Assembly (NCBI GenBank): GCA_040753015.1
Contig: JBFMHM010000006.1
Location: 20,467 to 84,466 of the forward strand
Source of the DNA: Candidatus Omnitrophota bacterium
GTDB lineage: Bacteria > Omnitrophota > Gorgyraeia > Gygaellales > JBFMHM01
Direction of reading: 5' to 3'
DNA length: 64,000 nt
A program made the position numbers and the translations under genes. Under the pieces are notes generated by a model. That model was not told where the DNA came from. It did not search any database and saw only the letters and a list, made by a program, of their open reading frames with translations. The first letter of the stretch is position 1; every line of letters starts with the position of its first letter. Positions 18,950 through 30,298 of the stretch are shown here, piece after piece.

Positions 18950-19565
18950 GCAGGTTGAAGAAATAAAGTGTTTAGTATCTGGTGTTGAATTTGTAGTCAT
19001 TCCAATACAAACACAAGGCGATAAAGATAAAATAACGCCATTATCCAGCGTAAGAGAACCCGATTTTTTTACAAGAGAAATCGACGAGGCTCTTTTAGAT
19101 GGAAAAATTGATATAGCAATTCATAGTAGTAAAGACCTATCCCCGATTCTTACAGATGGTTTAGTTATATTTTTTGAGACCGAATCAATTAGTCGTTTTG
19201 ATGTTTTAGTGTCTAGGGATAATTTTAAATTACATCAATTATCGAAGCATTCACGGATTGGCGTGAGCAGTCAGCGTAGAAGAGATGCTGTGTATCTTTT
19301 AAGGCCGGATTTAGAGCTAATAGATGTTAGAGGGAATATTGATGAACGTATTCGTTTGCTTGATGAGAATAAGATTGATGCCTTAATTGTTGCCGAGGCG
19401 GCGTTAATCCGTCTTGATTTGGAAAACCGGATTTCAGAAATATTTCCCCTAGATCTTTTTGAGACGCATCCGAAGCAGGGGAGTTTGTCTTTGGTTGCAA
19501 GGGAGGATAGGTGGCAAAAACTAAAGTCTATATTATCGGCGCCGGGCCTGGTGATTGGGAATTAA
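18906..19565 (+). CDS. hemC: hydroxymethylbilane synthase (porphobilinogen deaminase), domains 1-2 only
   Basis: MSIRVGTRPSRLA ... HSSKDL ... SLVARED match HemC domains 1 and 2. The ORF ends at 219 aa without the domain-3 cofactor-binding Cys. Confidence 0.6.
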   Translation: MSIRVGTRPSRLAFRQVEEIKCLVSGVEFVVIPIQTQGDKDKITPLSSVREPDFFTREIDEALLDGKIDIAIHSSKDLSPILTDGLVIFFETESISRFDVLVSRDNFKLHQLSKHSRIGVSSQRRRDAVYLLRPDLELIDVRGNIDERIRLLDENKIDALIVAEAALIRLDLENRISEIFPLDLFETHPKQGSLSLVAREDRWQKLKSILSAPGLVIGN

Positions 19566-20248
19566 TTAGCATCAAAGGCCTAAAGAGAATAAAACAAGCC
19601 GATGTTATTTTATATGATTTTTTATCATCCAAAAAACTTCTTTCATTTGCAAAAGCTGATGCCGAAATCATCTGCGTTGGCAAGAAAGATGGAGTACATT
19701 TATTAGAACAGGATCAGATAAACAAGTTAATCTGCAAAAAGGCAAAAGAAGGTAAAACCGTAGTTCGGCTTAAGGGAGGAGATTCATTTCTTTTTAGTCG
19801 GGGAATAGATGAGGCTTTGTATTTAAAGAAGCAGGATATTAAGTTTAATGTTATTCCAGGGATTGCTTCGGCATTTGCGGCTCCAGGAAGTTTTGGAATT
19901 CCTTTGACAAAAAAAGGAGAATTTTCCTCAGTTGCGGTTTTAACTGGAAGGAAAAGTAACGGCGAGAATATTGATGCACCAGGCTGCGATACTTTAATTT
20001 ATCTAATGGCAGTTACAAATATAAAAAATGTTGTTAGTAGAATTATTAAATCAGGTAGAGATAGATTTACGCCTTGTGCATTTATTGAAAGAGGAACAAC
20101 TAATAGAGAAAGGATTTTGCCGGGGAACCTTTCTAATATAGTTGACAAAGCAAAAAGATTTTCAATTAAATCTCCGGCAGTATTTATTGTGGGGGAAATT
20201 ATTAAATATGGCAAGAAAATTTATGGGCATAAATATAAAATTAGATAA
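19511..20248 (+). CDS. cobA: uroporphyrinogen-III C-methyltransferase (SUMT)
   Basis: GTG start after a GGGAGG RBS. VYIIGAGPGD and GGDSFLFSRG motifs. Confidence 0.85.
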   Translation: MAKTKVYIIGAGPGDWELISIKGLKRIKQADVILYDFLSSKKLLSFAKADAEIICVGKKDGVHLLEQDQINKLICKKAKEGKTVVRLKGGDSFLFSRGIDEALYLKKQDIKFNVIPGIASAFAAPGSFGIPLTKKGEFSSVAVLTGRKSNGENIDAPGCDTLIYLMAVTNIKNVVSRIIKSGRDRFTPCAFIERGTTNRERILPGNLSNIVDKAKRFSIKSPAVFIVGEIIKYGKKIYGHKYKIR

Positions 20249-21134
20249 TCTTATTTATCCTTATTTTGTAATTTCGGGAATAAATAAAAAAGAAAAAATC
20301 AAATCTTTTCCTGGAATTTTTCGATATTCCATAGACTGTTTAATGAAAGATGTTGTGGATTTAAGAAAAATGGGTATAAGTAAAATTCTACTTTTTGGTA
20401 TTCCCGACATAAAAGACATTAAAGGCAGTGGCGCTTATGACAAAGATAATATTATTTCTTTAGCAGTAAAAAAAATAAAAGATAAATTACCCGATTTAAT
20501 TATCATTACAGATGTGTGTATGTGTGTTTATACAACGCATGGGCATTGTGGGATATTAAAAAATAGAGGAATAATTGATAATGCTAGAACATTGGAGATT
20601 TTGTCGAAAATTGCAGTTTTACATGCTCAAGCAGGGGTAGATTTTGTTGCGCCATCAGCAATGGCAAAATGTCAGGTTGCTACAATAAGGAAAGCCTTAG
20701 ATGAGCACGGTCATAAAAAAACTAAAATACTTGGTTATTCTGCAAAATTTGCTTCGAATTTTTATGGGCCATTTCGCAATGCCTGTGGTTCAACTCCTAA
20801 ATTTGGCGACAGGACATCTTATCAGCTTGGTTATTTAGATAGCAAAACAGCTTTGGATGAAATCCAGCAGGATATTAAAGAAGGCGCAGATATTGTAATG
20901 GTGAAGCCCGCATTTAGTTATTTAGATATTATTCGAGAAGCAAAGTCAAAGTTTAACTATCCTATGGCTGTTTATAATGTAAGCGGAGAATATAGTTTAA
21001 TAAAAAACGGAGTAAAGCTCGGCTTATTTAGAGAAGAAAAGGCAGTTTTTGAAATTTTATCATCGATAAAACGCGCTGGAGCAGATTTTATTATTACTTA
21101 TCATGCAAAGGATGTTGCAAGATGGTTAGCTTAA
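20208..21134 (+). CDS. hemB: porphobilinogen synthase (delta-aminolevulinate dehydratase)
   Basis: Active-site region SAMAKCQVA...YSAKFASNFYGPFR and MVKPA Schiff-base lysine. Start taken at MARKFMG. Confidence 0.8.
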   Translation: MARKFMGINIKLDNLIYPYFVISGINKKEKIKSFPGIFRYSIDCLMKDVVDLRKMGISKILLFGIPDIKDIKGSGAYDKDNIISLAVKKIKDKLPDLIIITDVCMCVYTTHGHCGILKNRGIIDNARTLEILSKIAVLHAQAGVDFVAPSAMAKCQVATIRKALDEHGHKKTKILGYSAKFASNFYGPFRNACGSTPKFGDRTSYQLGYLDSKTALDEIQQDIKEGADIVMVKPAFSYLDIIREAKSKFNYPMAVYNVSGEYSLIKNGVKLGLFREEKAVFEILSSIKRAGADFIITYHAKDVARWLA

Positions 21135-22375
21135 ACGATAAATTATTAAAACAGGCAAGGCAATATCTTGTTGGCGGGGTAAATAGCCCTGTGCGTAGTT
21201 TTAATTATATCGGGCTAGAGCCGATATTAATTGAAAAAGGAAAAGGATCGAAGATCTATGATTACGATGGTAAAGAATATATTGATTATGTTTTATCATG
21301 GGGTCCTTTGATATTAGGCCATAGCCATCCTAAAGTTATAAACGAGCTAAAACGTGCTATGGCCTTAGGGTTAAGTTTCGGTATGACTAATAAACATGAG
21401 ATCGATCTGGCTAAAGAAATAAAAAAAGCAATTTCTTTTATTGATAAAATTAGATTCGTAAATTCCGGAACAGAAGCAGTAATGACAGCGGTGCGTCTTA
21501 GTCGTGCCTATACAAAAAGAGACAAAATTTTAAAATTTGAGAATGCTTATCATGGACATACGGATTATCTTTTAGCAAAGGCCGGTTCAGGATTGGCTAC
21601 TTTAAATATTCCTTCAAGCCTAGGTGTGCCAAAAGATTTTACTAATCATACAATTGTTGCGCCATTTGGCAATAGAGATGCGTTTGAAAACATTTTTAGA
21701 AAATATGGCAACAGAATCGGCGCAGTTTTGGTTGAGCCAGTGGGAGGGAATTTTGGTGTTGTATTGCCGGATATTAATTTTTTAAAATTTTTGCGAAAGT
21801 TTACAAAAAAATATAACTCACTATTAATTTTCGATGAGATAATCACAGGTTTTCGTTTTGGTTATGGAAGTGCTGCACAACAATTTGGAATAGAGCCGGA
21901 TCTAATTTGTCTTGGAAAAATTATTGGGGGAGGTTTGCCAATCGGGGCAGTAGGAGGAAAAGATAATGTAATGAATTTACTTGCGCCAAAAGATAATGTT
22001 TATCAGGCCGGCACATTTTCAGGTAATCCAGTTGTTATGCAGGCAGGCATTACAACCTTAAAGATTTTAGAGAAAGAGAAGGATAGATATAGAAAACTTT
22101 TTGAGCTAACCGAATTTTTATCTAAAAACATTCAAAATGCAGCAAAGTTAGCCAGTGTAGCTCTAAGAATTAATTATTTTGGTTCAATGTTTAGCATTAA
22201 ATTCACTAATAAAAAATATTTTGGAATGGCATATAAATATTTATTAGAGAATGGTGTTTTTATTGCGCCTTCTGAATTTGAGGCGAATTTTATATCTTTT
22301 AGTCATACCAAAAGAGATATAGAAAAAACGATAAAGTTATTTAGAGAATCCTTGAACAAAATAGGAGACTTATAA
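21122..22375 (+). CDS. hemL: glutamate-1-semialdehyde 2,1-aminomutase
   Basis: Class-III aminotransferase pattern (FVNSGTEAVM, LIFDEIITGFRFG). Confidence 0.85.
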   Translation: MVSLNDKLLKQARQYLVGGVNSPVRSFNYIGLEPILIEKGKGSKIYDYDGKEYIDYVLSWGPLILGHSHPKVINELKRAMALGLSFGMTNKHEIDLAKEIKKAISFIDKIRFVNSGTEAVMTAVRLSRAYTKRDKILKFENAYHGHTDYLLAKAGSGLATLNIPSSLGVPKDFTNHTIVAPFGNRDAFENIFRKYGNRIGAVLVEPVGGNFGVVLPDINFLKFLRKFTKKYNSLLIFDEIITGFRFGYGSAAQQFGIEPDLICLGKIIGGGLPIGAVGGKDNVMNLLAPKDNVYQAGTFSGNPVVMQAGITTLKILEKEKDRYRKLFELTEFLSKNIQNAAKLASVALRINYFGSMFSIKFTNKKYFGMAYKYLLENGVFIAPSEFEANFISFSHTKRDIEKTIKLFRESLNKIGDL

Positions 22376-23082
22376 TGATAGAGCATATCGATTATGATAA
22401 TTTAAAAAAACGCGGATTCCTAAAACAGAAACAAGATGGCTTCTTTATTTTAAGAACAAGAATGAATTTAGGTGTCTATAAAGATGATCAGCTTTTAAAA
22501 TTTGTGGAAATTTCAAGAAAATATGGACAAGGTATTGTGCATGTAAGTACGCGCCAAGGCATTGAGATTCCTTTTATTAAGTATAATGATATTGATACAG
22601 TAGAAAAGGAGCTTAAATTTAGCAGTATACTTGTAGGTGCTTCTGGTCCAAGGCTCCGTACAACTACATCTTGCCCGGGTAATAATTGGTGCAAGGCAGG
22701 TTTGATTAATACATTTGTTCTATATGATCGGATCGAAAAAGAGTTAAACTTAATATGCGGGTTGGATTTACCTTACAAATTTAAAATTGCAATATCGGGT
22801 TGCCCTAACGGTTGCACTCGCCCGCAGATGAGTGAAATTGGTATACATGGAAACTTTAATTCTAATAAAGCTGTTGGTTATGTGGTTTATTTAGGTGGTT
22901 GCGGTGGGCGTACTCCAAGGCTCGGTTTTAAATTAGAAAGAATTTTTAACGAAGAAGAAGTCTTATTAATTATTAAAAATGTAGTCGCATTTTTTAAAAA
23001 TAATGCAAAACCAAGGCAAAGGCTTGCTTTGTTGATTGAAGAGATGGGGAGAGAAAAATTTATAAAAGAAATCATGATTTAA
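22375..23082 (+). CDS. low-molecular-weight assimilatory-type sulfite reductase (siroheme/[4Fe-4S] domain protein)
   Basis: Nitrite/sulfite reductase cysteine motifs TTSCPGNNWC and SGCPNGCTRP in a 235-aa protein. Confidence 0.6.
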   Translation: MIEHIDYDNLKKRGFLKQKQDGFFILRTRMNLGVYKDDQLLKFVEISRKYGQGIVHVSTRQGIEIPFIKYNDIDTVEKELKFSSILVGASGPRLRTTTSCPGNNWCKAGLINTFVLYDRIEKELNLICGLDLPYKFKIAISGCPNGCTRPQMSEIGIHGNFNSNKAVGYVVYLGGCGGRTPRLGFKLERIFNEEEVLLIIKNVVAFFKNNAKPRQRLALLIEEMGREKFIKEIMI

Positions 23083-23091
23083 GAGTCTGCC

Positions 23092-23119
23092 TTGACAAAT
23101 CTTATCTATATGATATACT
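23092..23119 (+). promoter_or_regulatory. sigma70-like promoter candidate for the rrf2-metY-cysK operon
   Basis: TTGACA, 16-nt spacer, TATACT, about 40 nt upstream of 23161. An AGGAG RBS precedes the ATG. Confidence 0.4.
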
Positions 23120-23160
23120 CTACTATATTGGTAGAGATTATAGACTAAGAGGAGAAAAAA

Positions 23161-23598
23161 ATGAGGATTACCTATAAAGGCGATTATGCGCTGAAATCTA
23201 TTTTAGATCTAGCTTTATATTATGGGAAAATTGTTACTATTCATGATTTGGCCAAAAGAGTTGATGCTCCTGTTAAATTTTTAGAGCAGGTGCTACTTGA
23301 TTTAAAGAGAGGTGGTTTTGTTGAGAGCAAGCGCGGTAAAGTAGGGGGGTATTTTTTAGCAAAGGCTCCGGCCCAGATAAGTGTAGCCGATATAATAAGG
23401 TATATAGACGGGCCAATTGAGCCTATTGGTTGTGCAGGAAAGGATTATAAGGGTTGTAAAGATATGTATAAGTGTGTTTTTAGAAAGATATGGTGTGATG
23501 TTACAAAGAGCATTTCAGATATAATTGACAATATTGATTTCGAAGATTTAGTTAAGCAACTTGAAGATCAAAGAGGGGCGTTGGTTTATTCTATATAA
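23161..23598 (+). CDS. Rrf2-family transcriptional regulator (IscR/CymR-like), three Cys
   Basis: wHTH IHDLAKRVDAPVKFLEQVLLDLKRGGFVESKRG. A C-terminal Cys trio CAGKDYKGCKDMYKC may bind Fe-S. Confidence 0.8.
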   Translation: MRITYKGDYALKSILDLALYYGKIVTIHDLAKRVDAPVKFLEQVLLDLKRGGFVESKRGKVGGYFLAKAPAQISVADIIRYIDGPIEPIGCAGKDYKGCKDMYKCVFRKIWCDVTKSISDIIDNIDFEDLVKQLEDQRGALVYSI

Positions 23599-24900
<1,302 letters not shown>

Positions 24901-24901
24901 A

Positions 24902-25837
24902 ATGCCCAAAATATATAGCGATATAACAAAAACAGTTGGTAATACGCCGTTAATTAGGATTAATAAGATTAGTCAAGGGCTTGATGCGACAATTCTTGCA
25001 AAACTTGAATCGTTTAATCCGCTTTCAAGTATAAAAGATAGAATTGGTATAGCAATGATTGATGCGGCTGAGGAAAAAGGGCTGCTAAAAAAAAATTCAG
25101 TAATAATAGAGCCAACAAGCGGAAATACTGGCATTGCTCTTGCATTTATTGCCGCGGCTAGAGGATATCGGCTTATCCTCACTATGCCGGATACGATGAG
25201 TCTTGAACGTAGGCAGCTTTTAAAAATTTTTGGGGCAGAGCTTGTTCTGACTGAAGGAATAAAGGGAATGAAAGGAGCAGTAGAAAAAGCCGAAGAATTA
25301 GTAAAAAAAACAGCGAATAGTTTTATGCCACAGCAATTTAATAATCTAGAAAATCCAGAAATTCATCGTAAAACTACAGCTGAAGAGATATGGAATGATA
25401 CAGATGGTAATGTTGATATTTTTATTGCTGGGATCGGAACAGGCGGAACAATTACGGGAGTAGGAGAGGTATTAAAAAAGAAAAATCCTAAAGTCAAGGT
25501 TATTGGTATTGAACCAGCTGATTCGCCAGTTTTATCCGGAGGAAAACCTGGGCCGCATAAGATTCAGGGTATTGGTGCAGGTTTTGTGCCTGAAGTTTTA
25601 AATAGAAAAATAATTGATGAAATTTTAGAAGTTAGCAATGAAGATGCTGGTGATTTTGCGCGTAAGCTTGCCAAGGAAGAAGGTATATTTACAGGGATTT
25701 CTAGCGGAGCAGCAATGTGGGCAGCTTTAGAAGTGGCAAAGCGCAAGGAGTCGAAAGGTAAGACAATCATAGTTATTTTACCAGATACAGGCGAGCGATA
25801 TTTATCAACTTGGGTTTACCAGGAGTTTTTGGTATAA
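24902..25837 (+). CDS. cysteine synthase, second CysK/CysM paralogue
   Basis: [28 protein letters not shown]. Start taken at MPKIY immediately after the metY stop. Confidence 0.85.
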   Translation: MPKIYSDITKTVGNTPLIRINKISQGLDATILAKLESFNPLSSIKDRIGIAMIDAAEEKGLLKKNSVIIEPTSGNTGIALAFIAAARGYRLILTMPDTMSLERRQLLKIFGAELVLTEGIKGMKGAVEKAEELVKKTANSFMPQQFNNLENPEIHRKTTAEEIWNDTDGNVDIFIAGIGTGGTITGVGEVLKKKNPKVKVIGIEPADSPVLSGGKPGPHKIQGIGAGFVPEVLNRKIIDEILEVSNEDAGDFARKLAKEEGIFTGISSGAAMWAALEVAKRKESKGKTIIVILPDTGERYLSTWVYQEFLV

Positions 25838-25889
25838 TTAATATTATATGTAAAAATTGCTTTTTACATGTTTAATCCAGAGTAAAAAT

Positions 25890-26999
25890 ATGATAAAAGA
25901 AAACAATATAGGATTAGTAAAAACTGAATTTTTTTCATTCGACGAGTTAAAATTAGAGTCAGGACAAGTTTTTGGTCCAATAACGCTTGCTTATGAAACT
26001 TACGGAGAGCTTAATAAGGATAAATCTAATGCTATTCTTATTCTTCATGCTCTTTCAGGTGATGCTCATGCGGCAGGTCTGCATGAAGGCGAAAAAAAAC
26101 CTGGTTGGTGGGATGAGATGATTGGCCCAGGTAAGGCCTTCGATACAGATAAATATTTTATTATTTGTTCAAATGTTTTAGGTGGTTGCCGTGGTTCAAC
26201 GGGTCCTTCAAGTATTAATCCAAAAACAAATAGGCCTTATGCATTAGATTTTCCGATAATAAGCATTGGAGATATGGTAACTTGTCAGAAACATTTTATT
26301 GATTATTTAGGGATTGATAAATTATTGTCGGTTGTTGGCGGATCTATGGGTGGAATGCAGGTATTGTCTTGGATGGTAAAATTCCCTAATAAAATAAAAA
26401 GCGCAATTCCCATTGCAACTACTCTAAAACACTCACCGCAGCAGATTGCTTTTGATGAAGTTGGCCGCCAGGCAATTATGGCTGATCCGCATTGGAAATC
26501 AGGAAATTACTATGATAGTTTGCATCCAGCTAAAGGCCTTGCTGTTGCCCGTATGATCGGCCATATTACATATATGAGCGATGAGTCAATGGCGGAAAAA
26601 TTTGGTCGGCAGAAGAAAAATGGCGCAGAGCCTTTTAAATTTACTGCTGATTTTGAGGTAGAGGGTTATTTGCGTTATCGTGGGGATAATTTTGTAAAAC
26701 GCTTTGATGCAAACTCATACCTATATATTACCAAGGCAATGGATAATTTTGATGCATCGCAAAATCGGCCTTTTTCAGAAGTAATCGAGGGAAAAAAGAT
26801 AAAGATTTTAGTTATTGCTTTTAAATCAGATTGGCTATATCCTGCATATCAGTCTAAAGATATTGTTCGGGCTTGTAAACATGCAGGTATTGAGGCAAGT
26901 TTTTGCGAGGTTGCTTCAACCTACGGGCATGATGCTTTCCTTCTTGAGACTAGAGAAGAAACACATCTGATCTCGTATTTCTTAAAGAAAGTAATATAA
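25890..26999 (+). CDS. metX: homoserine O-acetyltransferase
   Basis: Alpha/beta hydrolase with GGSMGGMQ nucleophile elbow and the MetX N-terminal pattern. Confidence 0.85.
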   Translation: MIKENNIGLVKTEFFSFDELKLESGQVFGPITLAYETYGELNKDKSNAILILHALSGDAHAAGLHEGEKKPGWWDEMIGPGKAFDTDKYFIICSNVLGGCRGSTGPSSINPKTNRPYALDFPIISIGDMVTCQKHFIDYLGIDKLLSVVGGSMGGMQVLSWMVKFPNKIKSAIPIATTLKHSPQQIAFDEVGRQAIMADPHWKSGNYYDSLHPAKGLAVARMIGHITYMSDESMAEKFGRQKKNGAEPFKFTADFEVEGYLRYRGDNFVKRFDANSYLYITKAMDNFDASQNRPFSEVIEGKKIKILVIAFKSDWLYPAYQSKDIVRACKHAGIEASFCEVASTYGHDAFLLETREETHLISYFLKKVI

Positions 27000-27011
27000 T
27001 TATAAAAAATT

Positions 27012-27599
27012 ATGCATAAACCAGTTCGTCTAGACCATAGGGTTATTTCAGGGCTTATTATTCGAGGTTCATCGGTTTTAGATCTAGGATGTGGTAATGG
27101 CGATCTTTTAGAATTATTAGTTAAAGATAAAGATGTGCGCGCTCAAGGTATTGAAATAAATGAGCAAGCAATATATTCTTGTGTTGCAAAAGGCCTAAAT
27201 GTTTTTCACGGAGATATTGACAGCGGTCTTTCGGAATATCGCGATAAATCATTTGATTATGTGATTCTAAACCAAAGTTTGCAGCAGGTTAAAAATATTG
27301 AGGCAGTGCTTTTGGATGCTTTAAGAGTAGGTAGAAAAGTTATTGTTGGTATTCCAAATTTTGCTTATTATAGAGCAAGGCTACAATTATTTTTTGGTGG
27401 TAGGGCCCCGGTTACAAAATCATTGCCTTATACTTGGTATGAAACCCCTAATTTGAGATCATTAAGTATATATGATTTTATTGATTATTGTCGAAAGAAA
27501 CAGATTAAAATCGAAAAGTCGGTATATCTTTCCGATAAACGCCGCGTCTTTATTTTTCCTAATGTTTTTGCTGTAATAGGTATCTTAGTTATTTCCTAA
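27012..27599 (+). CDS. metW: methionine biosynthesis protein MetW
   Basis: Methyltransferase-like LDLGCGNGDL. Canonical metX-metW pairing. Confidence 0.8.
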   Translation: MHKPVRLDHRVISGLIIRGSSVLDLGCGNGDLLELLVKDKDVRAQGIEINEQAIYSCVAKGLNVFHGDIDSGLSEYRDKSFDYVILNQSLQQVKNIEAVLLDALRVGRKVIVGIPNFAYYRARLQLFFGGRAPVTKSLPYTWYETPNLRSLSIYDFIDYCRKKQIKIEKSVYLSDKRRVFIFPNVFAVIGILVIS

Positions 27600-27611
27600 G
27601 ATATAAAAAGC

Positions 27612-28451
27612 ATGCCTAAGATTAAAGATTATAGTTTATATTTAGTGGTAAGTGAAGAATACGGTCAAGGTAAAACCGCTCTTGAGATAGCAAGCGCTGC
27701 GATTTATGGCGGGGTAGATATTATTCAAATGCGTGAAAAAAATAAAACAAAACAGGAATTAACTGCGCTTGGTAATAAATTATCAAGATTGTGTAGAGAG
27801 AATAATGCACTTTTTATCGTTAATGACGACCCATTCGTTACGAAAGAAGTTAATGCTGATGGAGTGCATCTTGGGCAAGAAGATATAAAACGTTTCCGGC
27901 TAGAAGATGTGCGCAGTATTCTTGGGCAGGATAAAATTATTGGTATTTCAACGCATTCGCTTGAGCAGTTTCAAGAGGCAAATAACAAAGATTTTGATTA
28001 CATTGCTTTTGGCCCAGTATTTCCTACGCAAACAAAAGATTATTTTATCGGCACAAAAGACATAGAAGAAGTTTTAAAGATTGCAAAGAAACCAGTTGTT
28101 TTTATCGGTGGAATCAACCTTTCAAATATTAGCGAACTTCTATCTGCGGGCGTAAGAAACATTGCTTTGATTAGAGCTATTTTGCAGGCAAAAGATATAA
28201 CATTAGAGACGAAAAAATTTAGACAAAAATTTAATGTAAAAAGACAAGATATGATTATAAAAATAAACGGAAAAGAAGAGTCGATAGATAAAGAAATTAA
28301 ACTAATAGATTTAATATCTAAAAAAAATTTATGTTCTGAGAAAATAATTATTGAACATAATTTTAAAATTATTGATAAAGAAAAATGGCCTGATATTATT
28401 TTGGCTGAATTTGATAATCTTGAGATAGTAAGTTTTGTCGGAGGTGGATAA
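27612..28451 (+). CDS. thiE: thiamine-phosphate synthase fused to a C-terminal ThiS sulfur-carrier domain
   Basis: ThiE TIM-barrel region (~200 aa). A ~66-aa C-terminal domain MIIKINGKEE...VSFVGGG ends in Gly-Gly. Confidence 0.7.
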   Translation: MPKIKDYSLYLVVSEEYGQGKTALEIASAAIYGGVDIIQMREKNKTKQELTALGNKLSRLCRENNALFIVNDDPFVTKEVNADGVHLGQEDIKRFRLEDVRSILGQDKIIGISTHSLEQFQEANNKDFDYIAFGPVFPTQTKDYFIGTKDIEEVLKIAKKPVVFIGGINLSNISELLSAGVRNIALIRAILQAKDITLETKKFRQKFNVKRQDMIIKINGKEESIDKEIKLIDLISKKNLCSEKIIIEHNFKIIDKEKWPDIILAEFDNLEIVSFVGGG

Positions 28452-28454
28452 AAA

Positions 28455-29228
28455 GTGCATGATTTTTTAGAAATAGGCGGTAAAAAAATTAACAGTCGTC
28501 TTTTTATTGGTACAGGAAAATTCTCAAGCTATAAGCTAATGCAAGAAGCGATTGAGGCTTCAGGCGCAGATATAGTAACTGTTGCCCTTCGTCGAATCGA
28601 TATATCTTCAAAAACAGATAATATCCTAGATTATATTCCTAAAAAATGCATTATTATGCCAAATACTTCTGGCGCACGAAATGCCGATGAAGCAGTAAGA
28701 ATTGCACGGCTTGCTAAGGCTAGTGGTTGTGGTGATTGGATAAAAATTGAGGTTATTTCTGATAATAAATATTTGCTTCCTGATAATCTCGAAACACTTA
28801 AGGCAACGCAGATATTAGTAAAAGAAGGGTTTATTGTTTTGCCTTATATGAGCCCGGATTTATCAATCGCAAAGCGTCTTGCCGATGCAGGCGCTGGTGC
28901 AGTTATGCCGCTTGGTTCACCAATTGGCACAAATCGCGGTATTAAAACTAAAGAGCTAGTTGAGATTCTAATTAATGAGATTAAAATTCCGATTATTATA
29001 GATGCTGGTATTGGCGCTCCGTCAGAAGCATGTCATGCTATGGAATTAGGCTGCGCAGCGGTGCTTATTAATACCGCTATTGCGATTGCAAACGAACCGG
29101 TAAACATGGCAGAGGCATTTAATCAGGCGGTTATTGCTGGGAGAAAGGCTTATTTATCTGGGTTAGCTAAGGCTAACAAAATAGCAAGCGCATCAAGCCC
29201 ATTGACTGGATTCCTAAGGCAAGAATAA
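28455..29228 (+). CDS. thiG: thiazole synthase
   Basis: GTG start. [19 protein letters not shown] and PIGTNRGI motifs. Confidence 0.9.
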   Translation: MHDFLEIGGKKINSRLFIGTGKFSSYKLMQEAIEASGADIVTVALRRIDISSKTDNILDYIPKKCIIMPNTSGARNADEAVRIARLAKASGCGDWIKIEVISDNKYLLPDNLETLKATQILVKEGFIVLPYMSPDLSIAKRLADAGAGAVMPLGSPIGTNRGIKTKELVEILINEIKIPIIIDAGIGAPSEACHAMELGCAAVLINTAIAIANEPVNMAEAFNQAVIAGRKAYLSGLAKANKIASASSPLTGFLRQE

Positions 29229-30298
29229 TGAATTTCTATGATATTTACTTAAAATATAGGGATCTTAGTTTTGATGAGCTTAGCCACGTCGGACCCTATA
29301 AACAATTTATTTGGTCTTTGTCAAAAGAGGCGAGAAACGATCTTGAGTATATGGCAAAAACTGCGCATGATTTAACTTTAAAATTTTTTGGTAAGACAAT
29401 TCAGCTTTATACACCTATGTATTTGTCGAATTATTGCGAGAACCAATGTATTTATTGCGGGTTTAATTCTAAAAATAATATTGAAAGGAAGAAGCTTACA
29501 TTTGATGAAATAGAAAAAGAAGCTCAATTTATTTCATCACTTGGTTTAAAGCATATACTTATTTTAACCGGCGAGTCTAAGAGCCAAAGCTCTTTAAATT
29601 ACCTAAAAGATTGTATTAAAATATTAAAAAAATATTTTACTTTAATATCTATAGAAATATATCCACTTATGGAAGATGAATATATTGAGATTATATCTAA
29701 TGGTGTGGATGGTTTGACTATATATCAGGAAACCTATAGTGAGATAGCCTATGATAAACTGCATTTATCTGGGCCGAAAAAAGATTATAGATTTAGATTA
29801 GATGCGCCAGAGCGAGCTGCAAAAGCAGGTATGCGCAATGTTAATATTGGAACTCTGCTAGGGTTAAGCGATTTTCGAAAAGATGTTTTTTTATTAGGAC
29901 TGCATGCTGAATATTTACAAGATAAATTTCCACAAGTTGAAGTTAGTGTATCTGTGCCAAGGATAAGAAATCAAGTTGCTAGTTTTAAGCCACAATATAA
30001 TGTGACGGATGCTGATTTAGTTCAGATAATTTTAGCTTTAAGGATTTTTTTACCAAGAGCCGGCATTACATTGTCAACACGTGAAAACGCTAACTTAAGA
30101 GATAACCTGCTCCCTCTAGGAATCACCCGAATGTCAGCCGGATCAACTACGCGCGTTGGCGGCCATATATTACAATATTTAAGATGTGATAATTCTTTTC
30201 AGTTTGAAATTGAAGATAAAAGAACCGTTGCTCAAATGAAAGCGATGTTAGAAAGCAAAGGTTATCAACCAATTTTCAAAGACTGGGTGCATATATAA
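29228..30298 (+). CDS. thiH: 2-iminoacetate synthase (radical SAM)
   Basis: CENQCIYCGF radical SAM motif. Confidence 0.85.
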   Translation: MNFYDIYLKYRDLSFDELSHVGPYKQFIWSLSKEARNDLEYMAKTAHDLTLKFFGKTIQLYTPMYLSNYCENQCIYCGFNSKNNIERKKLTFDEIEKEAQFISSLGLKHILILTGESKSQSSLNYLKDCIKILKKYFTLISIEIYPLMEDEYIEIISNGVDGLTIYQETYSEIAYDKLHLSGPKKDYRFRLDAPERAAKAGMRNVNIGTLLGLSDFRKDVFLLGLHAEYLQDKFPQVEVSVSVPRIRNQVASFKPQYNVTDADLVQIILALRIFLPRAGITLSTRENANLRDNLLPLGITRMSAGSTTRVGGHILQYLRCDNSFQFEIEDKRTVAQMKAMLESKGYQPIFKDWVHI

